Origin: an uncultured Actinomycetes bacterium
Lineage (GTDB): Bacteria > Actinomycetota > UBA4738 > JBBDTT01
Length of the DNA: 64,000 nucleotides
Assembly: GCA_963742735.1 (NCBI GenBank)
Contig: CAVUMN010000001.1
Location: 128,001-192,000 of the forward strand
Direction: 5' to 3'
Below are positions 58,883 through 64,000 of the stretch, one piece after another. The number at the start of each line of letters is the position of its first letter. Within the stretch, counting starts at the first letter, position 1. The translations under genes and the position numbers were made by a program. The notes under the pieces are model-generated. The model was not told where the DNA came from and searched no databases. It was given only the letters and a program-made list of their open reading frames with translations.

Positions 58883-61128
58883 TCGGGCTCCTCGCGTTCG
58901 CGGCGGCCACCGCGATCGCGTTCGGGCGCGTCTACCGGGGGCCCGGCTCGACGCTGCGCCTCGTCCTCGCCGCGGTCGCGGCGGTCCTGCTGGCCGTCCT
59001 CCTCGAGCGCTGGCACGTCCTGCTGGCGACGCTGGCCTCGGCGGCCGGGCTCGTCCTGGCCCTGGCGTGGCTGGTGTTCCCGCACACCCTCGCGTTCGGC
59101 CTCCCCACCGGGGCGACCCTGGAGGGGATCGGCCGGGCGTTCGCCGAGGTCGGCACCGCCGCCGCACAGCACGTCGCCCCCGTCGATGCTCTTCCCTCGC
59201 TGCTGCTCGCGGGAGTGGTCGCGGTCTGGACCGCCGCCTTCGCCGCTCACGCCCTGGTGGCGCGGGCCGGCAGTGGCGTCCTCGCCCTCCTGCCCGCCGG
59301 GGCGCTCGTCGGATTCGCGGACGTGGTGCTGGAGGACGGCGTCCGGCCCGCGTACATGGTCCTGTTCCTGCTCGCCGCGTTCGCGATGCTCTCGACGCTG
59401 GGCCTGCGCGCGGCCGTGCGCTGGGGCCGCCTGGTCCCCTGGAGCGGCGCCCGTCGTTGGTCGCTGTTCAGCGTGAACGCGCTGCGCGCGGCGCGCCGGG
59501 CGGCGATCCCGGCCGCGCTCTCGGCCGTCCTGCTCCCGTGGCTCATCCCCGGGCTGCACGCGCCCGGGTGGTACGACATCGGCGGGTCCGGCTCGCAGAT
59601 CACGATCGATCCGATCGTCGACCTGCGCCCGTCGCTTCGACTGGATCCGCCGCGCGAGCTGTTCACGGTGAGCAGCCCGAAGCCCACGTACTGGAGGATG
59701 CTCGCGCTGGACGAGTTCGACGGGCGCCGCTGGTCCACGCCGGACCTCCGGGTGGTGAACGGGGCGGCCGTGGACGGCGGGACCACGCTCCCCACCAACG
59801 CCGATCAGGGCGTGCCGTATCGCACCCTGGAGGTGACCGTGAACATCGACCGGCTCGCCTCTCCCTGGCTCCCGCTGCCGTTCGAGCCGGTGTACGTGGA
59901 CGTCCCCGTCGACGGGGTTCGGTGGGACGCGGACCTGTCCACCCTCGCCGTCCCCGAGTTCACCGAGCGAGACCTCGAGTATCGGGCCACCGGCTTCATC
60001 GCGAACCCGCAGCCCTCCCAGCTCGACGTCGAGTTCGCCGGCGACGACCCGCTGTACCTGGAAGGCAGCCGGTTCACGCGACTCCCCGCCGACACGCCCC
60101 CGCAGCTCCTGGAGATCGCCCAGCAGATCACCGAGGATGCCCCCACCCCGTATCGCAAGACCCTCGCGATCCAGGACCACCTGTACTCCTTCAAGTACGA
60201 CGAGCGGGCCCGTCCGGGGCACGAGAGCGACTACCTGATCCAGTTCCTCACGGAGACCAAGGCCGGCTACTGCGAGCAGTTCGCCGGCGCCATGGCGGTC
60301 CTGCTGCGGGCCCTGAACATCCCCGCGCGCGTGGTGGTGGGGTTCAACGAGGGCACCTTCCGGCCCCAGGACAAGCGCTGGCACGTCACCACCCGCAACG
60401 CCCACTCCTGGGTGGAGGTCCACTTCGGCGAGTTCGGGTGGCTGCCCTTCGAGCCGACGCCCGGCGAATCGAACCCGACCGCCACGGGGTTCACCTTCCC
60501 CATCCTGCCGTCGGACGGCAGCGGGAACCCGACCGACCCGCGCGTGGACAACACCACGCCCCAGCCCCGAGGAAACCAGGCCGACCAGGGCGGTATCGGA
60601 CCGGGTGAGACGCCCGAGCCGATCGTCGCGCCGTCGTTGATCGCGCTCGTGGCCGGCCTGGTCGCCGGGGGGGTCGTCCTGCTCGTGGCCGCCGTGCCGG
60701 CCGCGAAGGCGATATCCCGGCGGCGCGTCCTGGGCCGCGCCCGGGAGCCGCGGGCGCGCGTCCTGGCCATCCACGAGGTCCTGTCGCGGCGGCTGGCGGA
60801 CCTCGGCCTCGCCCGGGGACCCTCGGAGACGCTCTGGGAGTTCCGGGACCGGCTCCGTGACCGGGTGGAGCTGCCCGAGGGCTCCCTCGAACGGCTCACC
60901 CGGCTGGTGGGCCGGGCCGCCTACGCGGGCGCACCGGTGCCTCCGGAACAGGTCGAGGAGGTCAGCGGACTGGCGGAGGCCCTGGCACGGGGCGCCCGCC
61001 GGGGGGCGGAGCGACGCCAGCGGCTCCTGGCACCGTGGCGGATGCGGGGGCTGGGACGAGTCCCGGCTTCGGCCGTCCGGAGGCGCTTCTCCACTCCCGC
61101 GGGGGCCTGGTCCGCCGCCCGCCTGTAG
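58831..61128 (+). CDS. Membrane transglutaminase-like protein (DUF3488 + TGase + DUF4129, TgpA-like)
   Basis: N-terminal TM bundle, YWR...D.FDG..W, catalytic triad GYCEQFA...HSWVEV...FEPTP. Confidence 0.92.
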   Translation: MAQPDDATQTRGRVPLLVGLLAFAAATAIAFGRVYRGPGSTLRLVLAAVAAVLLAVLLERWHVLLATLASAAGLVLALAWLVFPHTLAFGLPTGATLEGIGRAFAEVGTAAAQHVAPVDALPSLLLAGVVAVWTAAFAAHALVARAGSGVLALLPAGALVGFADVVLEDGVRPAYMVLFLLAAFAMLSTLGLRAAVRWGRLVPWSGARRWSLFSVNALRAARRAAIPAALSAVLLPWLIPGLHAPGWYDIGGSGSQITIDPIVDLRPSLRLDPPRELFTVSSPKPTYWRMLALDEFDGRRWSTPDLRVVNGAAVDGGTTLPTNADQGVPYRTLEVTVNIDRLASPWLPLPFEPVYVDVPVDGVRWDADLSTLAVPEFTERDLEYRATGFIANPQPSQLDVEFAGDDPLYLEGSRFTRLPADTPPQLLEIAQQITEDAPTPYRKTLAIQDHLYSFKYDERARPGHESDYLIQFLTETKAGYCEQFAGAMAVLLRALNIPARVVVGFNEGTFRPQDKRWHVTTRNAHSWVEVHFGEFGWLPFEPTPGESNPTATGFTFPILPSDGSGNPTDPRVDNTTPQPRGNQADQGGIGPGETPEPIVAPSLIALVAGLVAGGVVLLVAAVPAAKAISRRRVLGRAREPRARVLAIHEVLSRRLADLGLARGPSETLWEFRDRLRDRVELPEGSLERLTRLVGRAAYAGAPVPPEQVEEVSGLAEALARGARRGAERRQRLLAPWRMRGLGRVPASAVRRRFSTPAGAWSAARL

Positions 61129-61141
61129 CCGGACTCGCCCC

Positions 61142-61633
61142 TTAGGCCAGCTCCGCCTGCGCGTGGCGCGCGGCGTCGCGGAGTGCGCGAACGAACTGCT
61201 CACGATCGCGGCGGAACTCGGCCACGCCGGCGTCGACCGAGCGGGCGATCTCGTCGATCGCCACGAAGAAGGCCATCTGCCCGTTGCGCAGGGCGTCCAG
61301 GACCTCTCCCTCCTTGCGGCAAATCTTGAAGATGCTCACGCCGTCCGTGACGAGCTTCACCTCGGAGAGGTGCTCCTCGAGAGCGGCCCTGCGCTTCAGG
61401 AACTCGTACGCGCGGCGGACGCGCTGCAGCGACATGCCGCCGTCGAGGAGCGACTTCACCACCTTCAGGGAGATGAGGTCGCGGAAGTCGTACAGCCGCC
61501 GGACGCCGGGCCGTCCGCCGGTCTGCTGAACCCCGGGGCGGACCAGCCCGACCTCGTCCCAGTACCGCAGTTGGCGCGGCGTCGCACCGGTAAAACGGGA
61601 AGCCTGATGCGCCGTGAACCCTTCGTTGGACAA
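61142..61633 (-). CDS. MerR-family regulator, McdR (Rv1830)-like
   Basis: GFT...G.T.RQL.YWD..GLV.P...RLY.FRD...LK.VK.LLD.G.SLQ..R.A...L.TDG...D.L..GQ..F; TTG start after AGGAG. Confidence 0.85.
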   Translation of the reverse strand: MSNEGFTAHQASRFTGATPRQLRYWDEVGLVRPGVQQTGGRPGVRRLYDFRDLISLKVVKSLLDGGMSLQRVRRAYEFLKRRAALEEHLSEVKLVTDGVSIFKICRKEGEVLDALRNGQMAFFVAIDEIARSVDAGVAEFRRDREQFVRALRDAARHAQAELA

Positions 61634-61806
61634 CCGCTCGCTCCTGATCCCCAGCTCACGCGGACACGTACACGACACGCGGGAGGCCGGGGGGAAAGCG
61701 GTCCATTTCCCGGTCACCCGAAAGAGGAAGAGTGCTTGTTGTAGACGAACCTGCGCGCGGGCGCAAGGTCGCAGGTCAAGCGGTGTGGCTGCGAGGGGCT
61801 TCGGGA

Positions 61807-62223
61807 CTAGCGGTCCGGGGCGGGGCCTTCGCCCGGCTCACCACCGCGGTTGCCGGGGTTGCCGCGGTTGCCGCGGATCCGTTCGGCGAGCCGGGCCACG
61901 GCGGCCGTGAGCGAATGCCGGCCGCCGGCCAGCGAGCTGAGCTGCTCGCGTCCCAGCTGCTTCAGGTAGTGGTAGACGATCAGGGCCGAGGCGAGCATCA
62001 CCCCGAACCCCGCGATGGCCGCCCACTGTCCCCACGCCCCGACCGGGAACAGCAGGAGCATGACGAACCCGATGATGAACAGCAGCACGCCGAGGCGCGT
62101 GCGCCGCGCGGCGTGCTCGTGGCTCGAGGCGTTCCCGACCGACCGAACGAACCGCGGGTCGTCCTCGGACAGCTTCTTCTCGATCTCCTCGAGGATGCGC
62201 TGTTCGTGCTCGGAAAGCGGCAT
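61807..62223 (-). CDS. DUF3040 membrane protein
   Basis: MPLSEHEQRILEEIE..L..DDP.F followed by two TM helices; typical dinB-DUF3040 neighbourhood. Confidence 0.88.
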   Translation of the reverse strand: MPLSEHEQRILEEIEKKLSEDDPRFVRSVGNASSHEHAARRTRLGVLLFIIGFVMLLLFPVGAWGQWAAIAGFGVMLASALIVYHYLKQLGREQLSSLAGGRHSLTAAVARLAERIRGNRGNPGNRGGEPGEGPAPDR

Positions 62224-62270
62224 GGCTCCTCCCGGCGGGGGTCCCATTATAGGAGCGAGGGCCGATTGAA

Positions 62271-63491
62271 CTAGGGGCCGCTCGCCGTCGCGGGCCCGTC
62301 TCCCGGTTCGGGTCCCTTGCCACGGCGATCTCTACCCAGCAACGCGGCCGGAAACGCCGTCCCCCGGCCGAATCGGCGGTCGATCCGGTCCAGGGCGCCC
62401 TCCGCGTCCCGCCACCGCCCGGCCCGGTACAGGGCGAGCTGCTCCGCCCCCGACTCGACGAGACCCGAGGCGGCGACCCCCAGCAGCCGGATCCGACGGC
62501 GGGCGAACGGCAGAGCCTCGTAGAGCTCGGAACCCACCCGGTGCAGGTCCGCGGCCGAGTCGGTAGCGTCGGGAAGCGTCCGCGACCGGGTGAGCGTCGT
62601 GAAGTTGGACAGGCGGATCTTCAGGGTCACGGTCCGGGCCCGGTAGCCGTCGTCGCGCAGCCGGGCCGCGACGCGGTGCGACAGGCGGAGCACCTCCCGC
62701 AGGACCTCGCGGTCGTCGTCGACGTCGCGCTCGAAGGTCTCCTCGTGCGAGACCGACTTCGGCGCCTCGTAGGGGACCACGGAGCGGTCGTCCCGCCCGC
62801 GAGCGAGCGAGACGAGGTGGCGCGAGGCCTGGTCGCCGAGCACCCGCTCGAGCACGGCCGCGGAGGTCTCGGCGAGCTCGGCCACCGTCCGGATCCCCAG
62901 CCGGAGCAGGACCTCGTGGGTCTTCTCCCCCACACCCCACAGGGCGTCCACCGGCAGGGGATCCAGGAAGGCCCGCACCCCGTCCCGGGGGACCACCAGC
63001 ACGCCGTCCGGCTTCGCGCGCGCGGAGGCCAGCTTCGCCAGGAACTTGTTGGGGGCCACGCCCACCGAGGCCGTCAGGCCGGTCTCGGCGCGGATGCGCT
63101 CACGGACCTGCTCCGCGATGCGGACGGGAGGTCCGAACAGGCGGACCGCGCCGCCGACGTCCAGGAACGCCTCGTCGAGCGAGATCGGCTCCACGATCGG
63201 GGTGAACGAACGCATGATCTCCCGGATCGCCGACGACGCGGCCACGTAGGCTTCGAAGTCGGGCTGGACGAACACCAGGTCGGGGCACAGTCGCCGCGCG
63301 CGGGCCGACGGCATCGCCGAGCGAACCCCGTGGCGTCGGGCCTCGTAGGACGCCGACATCACCACCCCCCGCGCGCCCGAGCCGCCCACCGCCACCGGCT
63401 TTCCCGCCAGGGACGGGTCCTTCAGGGCCTCGACGGACGCGTAGAAGGCGTCCATGTCGACGTGCAGGATCGGTTCGGGGGGACGTCGCAC
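62271..63491 (-). CDS. dinB: DNA polymerase IV
   Basis: ILHVDMDAFYASVE, SYEAR..GV.SAMP, SLDEAFLD, NKFLAKLAS...KPDG, RLLGV. Confidence 0.96.
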   Translation of the reverse strand: MRRPPEPILHVDMDAFYASVEALKDPSLAGKPVAVGGSGARGVVMSASYEARRHGVRSAMPSARARRLCPDLVFVQPDFEAYVAASSAIREIMRSFTPIVEPISLDEAFLDVGGAVRLFGPPVRIAEQVRERIRAETGLTASVGVAPNKFLAKLASARAKPDGVLVVPRDGVRAFLDPLPVDALWGVGEKTHEVLLRLGIRTVAELAETSAAVLERVLGDQASRHLVSLARGRDDRSVVPYEAPKSVSHEETFERDVDDDREVLREVLRLSHRVAARLRDDGYRARTVTLKIRLSNFTTLTRSRTLPDATDSAADLHRVGSELYEALPFARRRIRLLGVAASGLVESGAEQLALYRAGRWRDAEGALDRIDRRFGRGTAFPAALLGRDRRGKGPEPGDGPATASGP

Positions 63492-63498
63492 GGGGTCA

Positions 63499-64000
63499 TC
63501 ATCCCCCCGCCGAGCCCCCACTTGAGTGGTAGAGCTTCGTCGTGCCGTCCGGGAGCGCGTCGGTGCCGCTGCCCTCGGCCAGCGCCTCCGCCAGGCGGCC
63601 CTCGTTCCGGGCTCGCTGGAGGGCCGGGAGGTCCCACACCTGTTCGGCGACGACGCTGGCCCCGCCGACCCCGGTCCGGCGCAGCCGGCCCCACACCGCC
63701 AGGACGAACCCATGGAAGACCGTCCGCGCGCACCACGGCTGGACCCGCTCGAAGACCGTGACGTCCACGGGTCCGGTGGCGTCGTCGAGGGTCAGGAAGA
63801 TGATCCGCTGCCCGCTGCGGACCGCCGGCGTCTGGGAGGCGACCTTCACCCCGGCGACCATGACCCACTCGTCTCCCCGTCTGGTCCGCAGGTCCGCCGA
63901 GCGAACCACGCCGAGGTCCTTCAGCAGCGGCGCGTAGAACGACACCAGGTGGCGGGAGGCGTCCACCCGCAGCACCTCGAGCTCGGCGCGGACCCGCTCC
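63499..64000 (-). CDS. dnaE2: Accessory (error-prone) DNA polymerase III alpha subunit, C-terminal part
   Basis: ERVRAELEVL..DASRH..., OB fold VAGVKVASQTP..RSG.RIIFLTLDD.TG, WDL, tail KLYHSSGGSAG; directly upstream of dinB; runs off the window end. Confidence 0.8.
   Translation of the reverse strand, partial: ERVRAELEVLRVDASRHLVSFYAPLLKDLGVVRSADLRTRRGDEWVMVAGVKVASQTPAVRSGQRIIFLTLDDATGPVDVTVFERVQPWCARTVFHGFVLAVWGRLRRTGVGGASVVAEQVWDLPALQRARNEGRLAEALAEGSGTDALPDGTTKLYHSSGGSAGG

Noticed and set aside
56667-61128. moxR-DUF58-transglutaminase as a novel system
   Set aside because: A widespread triad commonly found upstream of mraZ in actinobacteria; nothing atypical here.
61844-61878. 9-bp tandem repeat CCGCGGTTG, about four copies
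   Set aside because: In-frame low-complexity coding repeat (GNR/GNP) in the DUF3040 tail.

Overview
High-GC chromosomal backbone of an Actinomycetota bacterium, probably a deep-branching lineage (inference: SepF/DivIVA without FtsA, Bpa proteasome activator, PdtaR, type-2 IleRS, PriA-family enzyme, yet murB inside dcw and a canonical-looking 6S RNA). Gene order: 5' end of polA; FTR1 iron permease; gltB; hotdog thioesterase; 6S-like RNA; bpa; cupredoxin; polar and branched-chain amino-acid ABC operons with a SolA-like oxidase; pdtaR; tRNA-Leu(CAA); an HTH-LAGLIDADG gene; trp operon (priA-trpE-three membrane paralogues-trpCBA); dnaE; a stand-alone Cas4/RecB-like nuclease; rluD-lspA-dksA; ileS; dcw cluster (divIVA to mraZ); HNH; moxR-DUF58-transglutaminase; McdR-like MerR; DUF3040; dinB; 3' end of an accessory dnaE. 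Most notable: (1) the gltB leader has two ANTAR-type hexaloop hairpins, each overlapping its own intrinsic terminator, and an ANTAR response regulator is encoded about 15 kb away; (2) a free-standing HTH+CxxC+double-LAGLIDADG gene directly upstream of tRNA-Leu; (3) a 6S-like RNA in an actinobacterium; (4) a PriA that appears specialised to TrpF function; (5) McdR-type operators in front of dnaE/nuclease and HNH/moxR; (6) a 38-aa membrane ORF between mraZ and rsmH. Several single indels (livF, livK, rluD twice) are probably assembly errors. No CRISPR array, transposase or prophage was seen. All calls come from reading the sequence; no searches were run.
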